This document shows, piece after piece, positions 1-9,110 of a stretch of DNA of 64,000 bases (the stretch's first letter is position 1; each line of letters opens with the position of its first letter). This DNA is from an archaeon (GTDB taxonomy: Archaea; Nanobdellota; Nanobdellia; Pacearchaeales; GW2011-AR1). A program made the position numbers and the translations under genes. Location of the stretch: the NCBI GenBank assembly GCA_018651925.1, contig JABIDC010000009.1, positions 16,403 through 80,402 on the forward strand, read 5' to 3'. A model generated the notes under the pieces. It had not been told where the DNA came from and ran no database searches. It worked only from the letters and a program-made list of their open reading frames with translations.

Positions 1-1
1 C

Positions 2-319
2 GAAATAATTCATGGAGATTTAACAACTTCAAATATGATTTTGTCTAAAAACAAAACCCCAAAAGGAGAAAAATCAGATCCAAAAAAAGCCCAATCAAGC
101 ATTTACTTTATTGACTTCGGATTAGGGTACATTAGTCGTAAATACGAAGACAAAGCAGTTGATTTACATCTATTAAAACAAGCATTAGAAGCAAAACATT
201 TTAAAAATTGGGAAATTCTAATCAAAGAAGTTTTTTCGGGATACAAAAAATCAAAAGATTCATCAATTGTTTTTGAAAGATTAAAAACAGTAGAAAAAAG
301 AGGAAGATATAAACATTAA
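2..319 (+). CDS. bud32: Bud32/PRPK-type kinase of the KEOPS complex, C-terminal part (5' end lies outside the window)
   Basis: The frame is open from base 2. The translation EIIHGDLTTSNMI...IYFIDFGLG carries the kinase catalytic loop (HGDLxxSN) and the DFG motif, and ends EKRGRYKH as archaeal Bud32 proteins do. Confidence 0.75.
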   Translation, partial: EIIHGDLTTSNMILSKNKTPKGEKSDPKKAQSSIYFIDFGLGYISRKYEDKAVDLHLLKQALEAKHFKNWEILIKEVFSGYKKSKDSSIVFERLKTVEKRGRYKH

Positions 320-328
320 AAAATAAAG

Positions 329-411
329 TGCGGAAGAAAGGATTCGAACCCTCGCAAGCATAAGCTACCTGATCCTTAGTCAGGCCCGTTTGACCGCTCC
401 GGCACTCCCGC
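329..411 (-). tRNA. tRNA-Leu, type II with long variable arm; anticodon reads AAG
   Basis: The reverse complement is GCGGGAGTGCCGGAGCGGTCAAACGGGCCTGACTAAGGATCAGGTAGCTTATGCTTGCGAGGGTTCGAATCCTTTCTTCCGCA. The acceptor is GCGGGAG/CTTCCGC, the T-loop is TTCGAAT, and the anticodon stem CCTGA/TCAGG encloses the loop CTAAGGA. No CCA is encoded. Confidence 0.85.
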
Positions 412-456
412 ATAACAAAAGATAATTAATTAGATTTTTAAGTTTTTGGAAAATAA

Positions 457-529
457 TAGCCCCACCCGGATTCGAACCGGGGTCACGGCCTTCAAAGGGC
501 CGCATACTTGACCACTGTACTATGGGGCT
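457..529 (-). tRNA. tRNA-Gln (anticodon UUG)
   Basis: The reverse complement is AGCCCCATAGTACAGTGGTCAAGTATGCGGCCCTTTGAAGGCCGTGACCCCGGTTCGAATCCGGGTGGGGCTA. This gives a clean cloverleaf with anticodon loop CTTTGAA. Confidence 0.9.
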
Positions 530-571
530 ATAAAATAATTCATAATTCAAGATTTATAAGGGTTTTGAAAA

Positions 572-1423
572 TCAATTTTCAAAAACTTCTCTATAAAATA
601 CAGTCCGATTAATATCCTGCTTCTTCGGATTAATCCATTTCATTAATCTCTTAATTTTAACTGGCTTATACTTCTCTCCAATCAACGCTGCAGCAAGCCT
701 CAAATATTCTTCAGCCCCAGCAGACTTTGGTTTATATTTTGTAAAAGGCTTAAACTTAGACAAAGCTTCTAAAACATCCGTGTCATGAGGAACAACAGCC
801 ATAACCGGAACCCCAGAAGTTTTCTCAACATCTTTCAAAGACAATTCAAATTTCTTATTATGCACACGATTCAAAATCAAACCATTAATTTTAGTCCCTC
901 TTTTTTTAGAATGATTAACTGCCTTTATTGTAGTGCTCAAAGTTGGGTGGTCTGGAGTTGTAACAACTAAAATTCCGTCTGAAGCAAGCATTACTCCCAA
1001 GGTTTCATCATTTAATGAAGGAGAAGAATCAATAATTACATAATCATATTTATTTTTCAAAGATTTAATTCTATCTTTCAATTTTAATGGATTAACTTTT
1101 TCCCTAAAAATTAACGAAGCAGGGATTAAATCAAACTCTCCCATTTTTTGAATAGAATCTTTAACCTTAGCTTTCCTTGCCAAAACTTCATGTAATGTAA
1201 CTTCTGGATCAACAATATTCAAATGTAGCCCCAAATTTGGAGCAGATAAATTTCCATCAATTAACAAAACTTTTTTTCCAAAAGTAGCAATCGCAGCACC
1301 TAAAGAAACAACAGTAGAAGTCTTACCCACTCCTCCTTTTAATGAAACTATTCCAATCACTTCTCCCATAATTCTTAAAAGAAAAATCAATTTAAATAAC
1401 TTTTTAACAGATACTTCTTCCAA
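572..1423 (-). CDS. MinD/ParA-family P-loop ATPase
   Basis: It has the deviant Walker A SLKGGVGKTS, then LLIDGNLSAPNLG and IIDSSPS motifs. The likelier start is the internal Met at 1369 (MGEVIGIVSLKGG), which removes the overlap with the upstream gene. Confidence 0.8.
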   Translation of the reverse strand: MEEVSVKKLFKLIFLLRIMGEVIGIVSLKGGVGKTSTVVSLGAAIATFGKKVLLIDGNLSAPNLGLHLNIVDPEVTLHEVLARKAKVKDSIQKMGEFDLIPASLIFREKVNPLKLKDRIKSLKNKYDYVIIDSSPSLNDETLGVMLASDGILVVTTPDHPTLSTTIKAVNHSKKRGTKINGLILNRVHNKKFELSLKDVEKTSGVPVMAVVPHDTDVLEALSKFKPFTKYKPKSAGAEEYLRLAAALIGEKYKPVKIKRLMKWINPKKQDINRTVFYREVFEN

Positions 1424-1970
1424 AATAAAAAAGGACCCGGTCAGAAAACCCCTTCAACCCATGGACATGTTCCAATAAAGTTTGATCGGAAAATCTTTTT
1501 GTGGGAACGTATTCAATTGTTAAATCATCACTTAATTCTCCATTAGCCCTCAAGCCCATTTCATAAGATTTCATTCGCTCAAGATGCCCGGGAAAAGAAA
1601 CAATTGCATAATGTCCATTTTGATCCCAGGGAAAACAATTTCTCATATTTCCTTCAGTATTAACTGCAACAGAATCAACTCCAAAAACCTCTCCAGTTTT
1701 TTCTGTTCGTGCAACCATAAAATCCCAAAGAGGAGAATGAACATCCAAGTGATTCAGGAAGCGAGAATCAACTCCATTTTCCCTTTCACCTAAAAATTCA
1801 TTCAAATCCGTACCAATTCCAGAAACGATATATGGAGCACAAGAATCACAAAAATCTCGATTATATTTTATTGCTGTCCCTACGCGCACAAAATCTTCTG
1901 CAGTAGTCGGCCCAGTAGGAATAATAATCCCATTTACTCTTGTTTCAACATTCTTCATAGAAAAGAACAA
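1404..1970 (-). CDS. Hypothetical protein (188 aa), soluble, no family recognised
   Basis: This is a long ORF with non-repetitive composition, packed tightly in the gene string. I could not recognise any motif. Confidence 0.5.
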   Translation of the reverse strand: MFFSMKNVETRVNGIIIPTGPTTAEDFVRVGTAIKYNRDFCDSCAPYIVSGIGTDLNEFLGERENGVDSRFLNHLDVHSPLWDFMVARTEKTGEVFGVDSVAVNTEGNMRNCFPWDQNGHYAIVSFPGHLERMKSYEMGLRANGELSDDLTIEYVPTKRFSDQTLLEHVHGLKGFSDRVLFYFGRSIC

Positions 1971-2043
1971 ATATATTCATTTATAAAAATAATGATAATT
2001 TAACGATAGCAAACTTTAAAAACGAAAATCACAAACATATAAC

Positions 2044-2463
2044 ATGGCAAAAAAAGCTGAAGAAACAAAAATTGAAGAAAAAGTAGTTAAAACTAAAGTA
2101 GAAAAAAAAGAAACTAAAGCAAAAAAAACTCCTAAAGCAAAAAAACCAACTCAAGCAGAGTATGAAAAAATGGTTTTTGATTTAGCAGAAAAAGGAATGA
2201 CTTCAGAAAAAATTGGAGAATCTTTAAGAAAACAAGGAATCCATCCAAAAGAATTTAAGGGAAAAATTGGAAAGATTCTTGGAGAAAAATATGTTAATCC
2301 AGATTTAAAAAATGTTGAAGAAAAATTAGAAAGAATCAAAACACACTACGAAAACAATAAACAGGATAAAAGAGCAAAAAGAGAAAAAGACAGAATTTTC
2401 TCTCAATTAAGAAATCTTAAGCTTTATTTCAAAATTCCGATTATAAAAAAGAAAAAGAAATAA
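2044..2463 (+). CDS. rps15: 30S ribosomal protein uS15 (S13e/S15P) with Lys-rich N-terminal extension
   Basis: The segments LAEKGMTSEKIGESLRKQGIHP and HYENNKQDKRAKREKDRIFSQLRNLKLYFK match the S13_N plus S15 pattern (lakkGlspSqIG..LRDqyGip; HLe.n.kDk.skr.L...esrirRL.kYyk). Confidence 0.8.
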   Translation: MAKKAEETKIEEKVVKTKVEKKETKAKKTPKAKKPTQAEYEKMVFDLAEKGMTSEKIGESLRKQGIHPKEFKGKIGKILGEKYVNPDLKNVEEKLERIKTHYENNKQDKRAKREKDRIFSQLRNLKLYFKIPIIKKKKK

Positions 2464-2493
2464 TCCTTCATTTTTTTAAACCAGTTTGTTTTT

Positions 2494-3858
2494 GTGCCAT
2501 ATTTTAAAATGGAAGAGGTTAATAGCACACTAAAAGAGAGAATAAAACAAGTTGCAAATAAATTTCTAAAAAATTCCAAAAATCAAGAAATTCAAATAAT
2601 CTCGCACTTTGATACAGACGGAATTACTTCTGCAACAATAATGCTTCAAAGTTTAAAAAAATTAGATCAAAAATTCACATTAAAAATTGTAAAAAGTTTA
2701 GATGAAAAATTTATTCAATCATTAAACAAAGAAAAAATAACCTTATTTCTAGACCTTGCATCAGGAAGTTTAAATCACATAAAGAACGCAGAACTAAAAG
2801 AAGTTTACATCATAGACCACCACGAAATCAGCAGTGAAATTCCAGAAGAAATAAATTTCATAAATCCAGAAATATTTCAAGAAAAACAAAGAATTAGTGG
2901 GGCAGGGCTAACTTATTTATTTTGCAAAGAATTAGATCCAACAAACAAGGAATTTGCTAAGCTAGCAATTCTCGGGATGATTGGAGATTCTCATGAAAAA
3001 GAAATAGACACATTAAATCATGAAATTTTAGACGAAGGAGAAATCATCAGAAAAAAAGGACTCCTAATTTACCCTTCAACAAGACCCCTAAATAGAACAT
3101 TAGAATATTCTTCTTATCCATACATTCCAGAAGTCACTGGTAATATAAAAGGAGTTTTAGAATTGTTGCGGGAAGCGGGATTAAAACCAGAAGATGGAAA
3201 ATATAAAAGCTTAATAGAATTAAATGAAAAAGAAATGGAAAAATTGACAACAGCAGTAATGCTGAGAAGTCCAGATTCAAAAAATAGGGAAATTGTTGGA
3301 AAAATATTTTTAATAAAACTTTTCAATAAATTAGAAGATGCTAGAGAAATTTCTGCAAAAATAAATGCTTGCTCAAGATATGGCGAACCAGAAACTGCAA
3401 TAGGGCTTTGTATGGAAATTCCAAAAGCAAAAAGGAAAGCAGAAAGCATTCATGTAAAACACAGACAATCAATTATCGCAGGATTAAAAACAGCAAAAGA
3501 AATTGAAAAAGTAGAAGGGAAATTATTCACAATAATTAATGCAAAAGAAAAAATAAAAGACACAATCATTGGAACAATTGCAAGCATATTGTCAAATTCC
3601 ACAATGTATGAGGAAGGAACAATAATTACTACAATGGGATACTGTGAAGATAAAATAAAAATTTCTTCAAGAATTGCTGGAAGAAATGGCAGGAACGTCA
3701 GGGAATTATTAAGTAGGATTATTAATGAAATTGGAGGAGAAGTGGGAGGCCACGCAATGGCAGCCGGAGGAATGATTTCTCAAGAAAAAGAAGAAGAATT
3801 TATTCAAAAACTAAAAAAACAACTTGAAATTGAAATGGTTAAAGTTGTTCAAGAATAA
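2494..3858 (+). CDS. RecJ/GAN-like DHH-DHHA1 phosphoesterase (archaeal Cdc45/RecJ homolog)
   Basis: DHH-family motifs are present: HFDTDGITS, IIDHH, GMIGDSH, and the DHHA1 motif GGHAMAAGG near the C-terminus. The ORF track starts at GTG 2494, but ATG 2509 is the more likely start. Confidence 0.75.
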   Translation: MPYFKMEEVNSTLKERIKQVANKFLKNSKNQEIQIISHFDTDGITSATIMLQSLKKLDQKFTLKIVKSLDEKFIQSLNKEKITLFLDLASGSLNHIKNAELKEVYIIDHHEISSEIPEEINFINPEIFQEKQRISGAGLTYLFCKELDPTNKEFAKLAILGMIGDSHEKEIDTLNHEILDEGEIIRKKGLLIYPSTRPLNRTLEYSSYPYIPEVTGNIKGVLELLREAGLKPEDGKYKSLIELNEKEMEKLTTAVMLRSPDSKNREIVGKIFLIKLFNKLEDAREISAKINACSRYGEPETAIGLCMEIPKAKRKAESIHVKHRQSIIAGLKTAKEIEKVEGKLFTIINAKEKIKDTIIGTIASILSNSTMYEEGTIITTMGYCEDKIKISSRIAGRNGRNVRELLSRIINEIGGEVGGHAMAAGGMISQEKEEEFIQKLKKQLEIEMVKVVQE

Positions 3859-3896
3859 AACCGAACTCTTAAAAACCTCTTAATTCTCTATTTTTT

Positions 3897-4604
3897 ATGG
3901 CAAACTTAGAAGTTGGAGACATTGTAATGTGCATCGTTGAAAGAATTGCAGGAACACTTGTTTTTGTAAAAATAGAAGGTCACGGACAAGGTTCAATAAC
4001 TTTAAGTGAAATCGCCCCAGGAAGAATAAGAAATCTAAGAGAATATGTAGTTCCAAATAAAAGAATTATTTGTAAAGTTCTAAGAATTGTTGGAGAAAGA
4101 ATTGATTTATCTTTAAGAAGGGTGACCCCAAAAGAACAAAAAGAAATCCGAGAACAAAATAAGGTTGAAAAGGGATATATTAGTGTTTTAAGAACAATTT
4201 TGAAAGAAAAAGCAAAAGAAATAATCGAAAAAATCCAAAATTCAGAAAAGGTATACGATTTTTTAGAAAGATCAAAAGAAGACAAAAAAGAACTAGAAAA
4301 ATTAGTTGGAAAAGAGGATTCCGAAAAAATTCTTGAAATTTTAACAACCCAAAAACAAAAAGAAGTTTCTTTGAAAAAAGAATTTGAATTAAATGGATCT
4401 TCTTCAAATGGGCTAGAAGTCCTAAAGGAAGTTTTAGAAAAAACAAAGACCACAGAAATAAAATACATCTCAGCAGGAAAATATTTAATCAAATCCACTG
4501 CGGAAAATATTAAGGAAGCAGATAAAAAGATAAAAGAAGAACTAGAATCTATTGAAAAAGAAGCAAAAAAGAAGAATCTTAACTTCAAAATAAGAGAAAA
4601 ATAA
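3897..4604 (+). CDS. eif2a: Translation initiation factor aIF2 alpha subunit (S1 domain plus helical/C-terminal region)
   Basis: The N-terminal S1 fold reads VGDIVMCIVERI...ITLSEIAPGRIRNLREYVVPNKRIICKVLRI..ERIDLSLRRVT. This parallels the e/aIF2-alpha signature (SE.as.wv.nir..vk.gq..v.kVlrvd...g.IDLSlkrV). Confidence 0.6.
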   Translation: MANLEVGDIVMCIVERIAGTLVFVKIEGHGQGSITLSEIAPGRIRNLREYVVPNKRIICKVLRIVGERIDLSLRRVTPKEQKEIREQNKVEKGYISVLRTILKEKAKEIIEKIQNSEKVYDFLERSKEDKKELEKLVGKEDSEKILEILTTQKQKEVSLKKEFELNGSSSNGLEVLKEVLEKTKTTEIKYISAGKYLIKSTAENIKEADKKIKEELESIEKEAKKKNLNFKIREK

Positions 4605-4656
4605 CCCCTTTTTGATTAATCAAAAGCCTTAAATATCCTAATTTTGGAATATTACT

Positions 4657-5064
4657 ATGGAAGATACAAAATTTAATGCAATTGTATTGGGAGTAATTTA
4701 TAATCCTGCAGAGAAAAAAATTCTAATCGGGAGAAGAGAAAATGATAAAGAAATGCCAAATTTAACATGGTGTTTTCCCGGAGGAAGATTATTACCTGGA
4801 GATGAAGTTGATGAAGCCCTAAAGAGAAAGATCAAAGAAAAAACAGGATATAATATTAAAAATCTTGGATCAATTTTTTCAAACATCTACAAAGAGAAAA
4901 AAGATCTTCTTGCAACATATTTCTTAACAGAAGTTTTTACTGGAGAAGAAAAAGTTGGAGGAGACCTTGTAGAATTAAAATGGGTTGACCCAGAAGAACT
5001 TGAAGGATATTTTAACACAACATTCCATTCAAGATTGAAAGAATTTTTAGTTCACCTTAAATGA
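4657..5064 (+). CDS. NUDIX hydrolase
   Basis: A Nudix-box-like segment GGRLLPGDEVDEALKRKIKEKTGY is present. The gene ends in TGA, overlapping the next start as ATGA. Confidence 0.7.
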   Translation: MEDTKFNAIVLGVIYNPAEKKILIGRRENDKEMPNLTWCFPGGRLLPGDEVDEALKRKIKEKTGYNIKNLGSIFSNIYKEKKDLLATYFLTEVFTGEEKVGGDLVELKWVDPEELEGYFNTTFHSRLKEFLVHLK

Positions 5065-5207
5065 AATTAAAGAAATGTCCCAGTTGTAATTCTTATACTT
5101 TAAAAGAAAATTGTAATAAATGTAAAATTAAAACAAAAGAAGCACATTATAAATTCATAAAAATAAAAAATGCTCCTAAATCCACTGCAGAATTTTTCAA
5201 AAAATAA
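5061..5207 (+). CDS. nop10: H/ACA RNP protein Nop10 (48 aa; below the ORF-track length cut-off)
   Basis: The hand translation is MKLKKCPSCNSYTLKENCNKCKIKTKEAHYKFIKIKNAPKSTAEFFKK. It has a CxxC...CxxC zinc ribbon with YTL and a following AH, as in archaeal Nop10. The start overlaps the NUDIX stop (ATGA). Confidence 0.65.
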   Translation: MKLKKCPSCNSYTLKENCNKCKIKTKEAHYKFIKIKNAPKSTAEFFKK

Positions 5208-5211
5208 TTAA

Positions 5212-6408
5212 TTAAATTTTTGCGACACCATATTCTCCATCATACCCTGGATCAACTTTTATCTTTCCTTCTCGATTTTTAATAATTAACTTAATTAATT
5301 CTTTATCAAAATCTTTTTCTAAAAATTCTTTTTCTGAAACATTCAATAAAACATTGAATTCATTTTTAAATTCCAAAATAAATTTATCATAAACTCTCCA
5401 CACAGTTTTTGTATTCATCCCTCTTTTCAAATATAAAGATAAAATCTCATGCAAAGGTAAAATTGTAAAATATTTTTTACCCAAGAAATCATTTTTTACG
5501 CCCAATTCTTCAACCCGAGAATCTACTCCAACAATTAAAGGTTTATGGCATTTTGGACAAATTCCTTTTAACTTAATTGTCTCTTTAGGTGAACAAGAAA
5601 AATCACAATTTCTATGCCCGTCAAAATGATACTTCCCATAGGCAGGATCAACTTCAATTGTTCCAATAAAATCATTCTTTCTAATCTGGGAAATTAATTC
5701 TTTATATGAATCACATTTTTTAAAAATAGTTGCTTCCCTTCCTAATCTCCAAGGCCAAAAAGAATGTGCATCAGAAAAACTAACAATCGATTTTCCTTCT
5801 AAACATTTAACCTTCCAATTCATCGCAGGATCTGAACTAATTCCAGTCTCAATTGCAAAAACTTTCTTAGCCTCTTCTCCAAAACATTCTTCAATAGAAT
5901 CAAACCCAGATTTACTTCCCAACATCCCAAAATGAGGAGTCCAAATGTGTGCAGGAATAACTTCAATATCCTCAGAAATCATTTTCACTTCTCTTGCAAA
6001 TTCAGAAGCAGAAATTTTGAAAATAGGCCGCCCATCATAATCTCTTCTTCCCTTTGTATCCAAATAAGAATTAATTTCCTCTGCAACCTCAATACTTGGG
6101 ATCAATAAAACCACATGAATTCTCCTTCCTCTTTCTTGAGTGTAAATTAAAGAAATCTCTCCCGTAATTATAAATGGAAAATCTCCGTGATAATAAAACC
6201 CCTTCCCATTTGACTTTAATTTTTTTAATTCCTCAATCCAAACCGGATGAGAAAAATCTCCTGTTCCAAGCAAATTAATTCCTTTAACTTTTGCCCACTT
6301 AGCCAAATTTAGAATATCTAAATTTTTACTGCAAGCCCTAGAGTATTTTGAATGAATATGTAAATCAGAAATCATCCAATCTTTTTTTATCATAAAAAAG
6401 AAACACAA
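5212..6408 (-). CDS. endoQ: Endonuclease Q (PHP-domain nuclease with Zn ribbon, COG1379 family)
   Basis: Motifs DLHIHSKYSRACS, LLGTGDFSHPVW, SFSDAHSFWPWRLGRE, DPAYGKYHFDGH, CPKCHKPLIVGVDSRV and the C-terminal DPGYDGEYG are collinear with Pyrococcus EndoQ as I remember it. Confidence 0.7.
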   Translation of the reverse strand: MCFFFMIKKDWMISDLHIHSKYSRACSKNLDILNLAKWAKVKGINLLGTGDFSHPVWIEELKKLKSNGKGFYYHGDFPFIITGEISLIYTQERGRRIHVVLLIPSIEVAEEINSYLDTKGRRDYDGRPIFKISASEFAREVKMISEDIEVIPAHIWTPHFGMLGSKSGFDSIEECFGEEAKKVFAIETGISSDPAMNWKVKCLEGKSIVSFSDAHSFWPWRLGREATIFKKCDSYKELISQIRKNDFIGTIEVDPAYGKYHFDGHRNCDFSCSPKETIKLKGICPKCHKPLIVGVDSRVEELGVKNDFLGKKYFTILPLHEILSLYLKRGMNTKTVWRVYDKFILEFKNEFNVLLNVSEKEFLEKDFDKELIKLIIKNREGKIKVDPGYDGEYGVAKI

Positions 6409-6423
6409 ACACTCTTTTTAAAA

Positions 6424-6834
6424 TTAATTTGACAAAAGAATACTAACCAAATCATCCACCGAATATTCTTTACTTTTCCAAACAATTGTCAACAATTTTT
6501 CTTTTGGTAAATATCCTGAACTAAAAAAGGACTCTTCATTTGAAAAAATAGAATTAATCATTTTTGGCCCATTCATTTTTCTAATTGGAGTCAATAAAGC
6601 ATTTTTCGCCTTAACCCAAAAAATCTTTGTCTTTGAATTATATTTAAATTTCAAAAACTTTTCAAACTCTTTTTTAGAATCTGCATGCATTAATCTCTCT
6701 GCAGAAATATCTCTTTTCAAATCAAGTTCAACTAACAAATTCAAAATCTTCTCAAAATCTTTTTCAGAACAATCTCTAACAAACAAACTTGCTCCATTTA
6801 TCAGATTAAAGCTTTGAATACTTTCAATTATCAT
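6424..6834 (-). CDS. Hypothetical protein (136 aa)
   Basis: This is an ORF in a compact gene string. No motif was recognised. Confidence 0.45.
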   Translation of the reverse strand: MIIESIQSFNLINGASLFVRDCSEKDFEKILNLLVELDLKRDISAERLMHADSKKEFEKFLKFKYNSKTKIFWVKAKNALLTPIRKMNGPKMINSIFSNEESFFSSGYLPKEKLLTIVWKSKEYSVDDLVSILLSN

Positions 6835-6860
6835 AAAAAAACAAAAATTTCTCCCTTTTA

Positions 6861-7412
6861 ATGCTTTTCTATACTGAAAAATCTACAAAACTTTTTAAAC
6901 TAAATGAAATTGAACTTCTTATGGAAAGAACATTAGTTTTAATCAAACCAGATGGGGTAAAAAGAAGTATTTGTGGGGAGATTATTTCTCGTTTTGAAAA
7001 AGTCGGATTAAAAATTGTCGGAATTAAAATGATTCAACCTTCAAAAGAATTCGCAGAAAAACATTATCATGATGTAGAAGAAAGACACGGGAGAAAAGTT
7101 TTAGAAGGACTCTCTGAATACATGGGAATGGGTCCAGTAATTGCAATGGTTCTTGAAGGAGCAAGCGCAATCAAACAAGTAAGAAAAATGGTTGGAAAAA
7201 CAGAACCTCTTACTTCTGAACCAGGAACAATTAGAGGAGACTATACACATCTTTCATATGCAAGAGCAGACGACCCAAACTCTGCAGTAAAAGCACTATA
7301 TAATATAATCCATGCTTCAGCAAATGAACAAGACTCAGAACATGAAATCAATCTATGGTTCTCAGATTCTGAACTCTGGGAATACAAACTTCTTCACGAA
7401 GATTTCTTTTAA
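6861..7412 (+). CDS. ndk: Nucleoside diphosphate kinase
   Basis: Motifs ERTLVLIKPDGV, GPVIAMVLEG, TIRGDY, and NIIHAS with the catalytic His are present. The likely true start is ATG 6921 (MERTLVLIKPDG). Confidence 0.9.
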   Translation: MLFYTEKSTKLFKLNEIELLMERTLVLIKPDGVKRSICGEIISRFEKVGLKIVGIKMIQPSKEFAEKHYHDVEERHGRKVLEGLSEYMGMGPVIAMVLEGASAIKQVRKMVGKTEPLTSEPGTIRGDYTHLSYARADDPNSAVKALYNIIHASANEQDSEHEINLWFSDSELWEYKLLHEDFF

Positions 7413-7452
7413 TTATTTATTAATAAAAAAATTAGAATAACCTTAATTTAAA

Positions 7453-8490
7453 TTAAGCTTTATCAACAATTCCATCTTGAGTTACAAAGAAAACACATTC
7501 ATTATCTGGTAAATTTGGACTATCAATTAATTTTCCAACTCTTGAACCTTGTTTTCCTCTTCTCAAATAAATTCTATAAGTAGAAGCATGTCCAACAATA
7601 TTCCCACCAATTGCAGTTGTTGGGTCTCCAAATAATTGTGCAGGGTTTGCCATAACTTGATTGGTAACAAAAACAGTAATATTATGAGTTTCGGCTAATT
7701 TCATTAAATCATGCATATATCTATTCAATTTTTGTTGCCTATCTGCCAATTGTCCTCTTCCAGAATATTCTGCCCTAAAATGTGCGGTCAGCGAATCAAT
7801 AATCATCAACTTAATTGGCTCACCAGCCTTAATCATCTCTCCAACCTTGTCCAATAAAAGCATTTGATGATCTGAATTAAAAGCTCTTGCAACTAAAATA
7901 TTTTTCAAAACTTTTTCAGGATTCGCTCCTAGACCCTCAGCAATTTGTTTAATTCTGGCAGGCCTAAAAGTTCCTTCTGTATCAATGAAAACTGTTTTTC
8001 CATTTGCTCCCCCTTTTTCAATAGGTAACTGGGTATTCACAGCAAGAGTCAATCCAAGCTGAGTTTTTCCAGAACCAAAAGCCCCAAATGCCTCTGTAAT
8101 AGCACGGGACTCTAATCCTTTTCCCCCAAGAAGTTCATCAAAATTTTTACTTCCAGTTGTAATATAAAAAACATCTGCTCTTTTCTTTGCATATTCCATT
8201 CCATCACTAAAACCTAAATCTAAAATATCTCTTGCAGCAATAATCGCTTTTCTTGCAACAGCAGCACTTACACCGGCGGCATCAGATAAAGCTGCAGGAC
8301 TCATAACCGCAAGAGGCATCAAATCAAAAACTCCCGCACTTTCAAGTTTAGCAGAAACAGCAGGCCCAATTCCAGGCAAATCAGTTAAATCCGGAGCTTT
8401 CTCCACTTTCTTTGTAACTTTCTTTTTTGCCACGGGTTTTAATTCCTCTTCAAGAATTTCTTCATCTTTATTAACAACCATAAAAAACAA
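7453..8490 (-). CDS. radA: DNA repair and recombination protein RadA
   Basis: It has an N-terminal HhH (LTDLPGIGPAVSAKLESAG), Walker A GAFGSGKTQL, Walker B LMIIDSL, and the typical RadA length. Confidence 0.95.
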   Translation of the reverse strand: MFFMVVNKDEEILEEELKPVAKKKVTKKVEKAPDLTDLPGIGPAVSAKLESAGVFDLMPLAVMSPAALSDAAGVSAAVARKAIIAARDILDLGFSDGMEYAKKRADVFYITTGSKNFDELLGGKGLESRAITEAFGAFGSGKTQLGLTLAVNTQLPIEKGGANGKTVFIDTEGTFRPARIKQIAEGLGANPEKVLKNILVARAFNSDHQMLLLDKVGEMIKAGEPIKLMIIDSLTAHFRAEYSGRGQLADRQQKLNRYMHDLMKLAETHNITVFVTNQVMANPAQLFGDPTTAIGGNIVGHASTYRIYLRRGKQGSRVGKLIDSPNLPDNECVFFVTQDGIVDKA

Positions 8491-8534
8491 AAACAGTTTT
8501 CATTTATAAGGATTTGTAGCGTGAGAAATGATAA

Positions 8535-8984
8535 TTACAAAACCTTAAGCAAAAGCAATATTGCAGACAAGAAAACAAAAACCAGAAAGAAAACCATTTC
8601 AGATTTTCCCCCAGTTTTAATAAACCCTTTTGATTTATATTTACTCGGATGAAAGGGCTTAATTCCTTCAATAGTAAAACTATCTGCAAATAAATGTAAA
8701 GAATAGCCCAAGAAAAATCCAAATCCTAAAACAGGCCAAATCAAAATCAAAATAAAAGTTAAAACTAATAAAAAAGTATAACTATGAATTACTCCGCGAT
8801 GCCTTGTAAAAAATTGTAATATTCTGGCAACTTTCCTTCTACCAATTGTTGAAAATCTTGAATCAATGTCTGGCAAAAGAGTTGCAAATAAAGTAATTAA
8901 AACAAAAACCAATTTAGATTCAACACTTGAAATAAAAATTAAAATTGCAAAAACAGAAATTGCAAAATGAGTTCTAAGTAACAT
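8535..8984 (-). CDS. Membrane-bound metal-dependent hydrolase, YdjM/DUF457-like
   Basis: It is a small polytopic protein with MLLRTHFA...LLPDIDS...HRGVIHS motifs typical of that family. Confidence 0.55.
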   Translation of the reverse strand: MLLRTHFAISVFAILIFISSVESKLVFVLITLFATLLPDIDSRFSTIGRRKVARILQFFTRHRGVIHSYTFLLVLTFILILIWPVLGFGFFLGYSLHLFADSFTIEGIKPFHPSKYKSKGFIKTGGKSEMVFFLVFVFLSAILLLLKVL

Positions 8985-9110
8985 GTCAAAAACAACAGTT
9001 AAGAATTTATAAATTTATTTTAAATTTCTCCTTGAAATAAAACGAAAAGTAGAAATTTTTTTCTAAATGAAGATGTTTTAACATCGAAACATTCAGAAAA
9101 ATAGTTTTAA

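Noticed and set aside
3980-4588. A long antisense ORF (202 aa) opposite the aIF2-alpha gene. Similar shadow ORFs occur at 28483..28920, 44107..44451, 32530..32844, 42101..42466, 58418..59014 and elsewhere.
   Set aside because: These have low-complexity Phe/Ser/Ile/Lys-rich translations. They sit entirely inside better-supported genes on the other strand, which is expected in AT-rich DNA where stop codons are depleted opposite Lys/Glu-rich coding sequence.
4609-4624. A perfect 16-bp palindrome TTTTGATTAATCAAAA after the aIF2-alpha gene.
   Set aside because: It is likely an intergenic terminator or operator-type hairpin following a C/T run. It is too short and AT-rich to interpret further.
8504-8722. 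A 72-aa ORF overlapping the 3' part of the YdjM-like hydrolase gene in another frame on the same strand.
   Set aside because: It lies wholly within the better-supported 8535..8984 membrane-hydrolase frame, apart from about 30 nt at its 3' end, and has no independent motif support.
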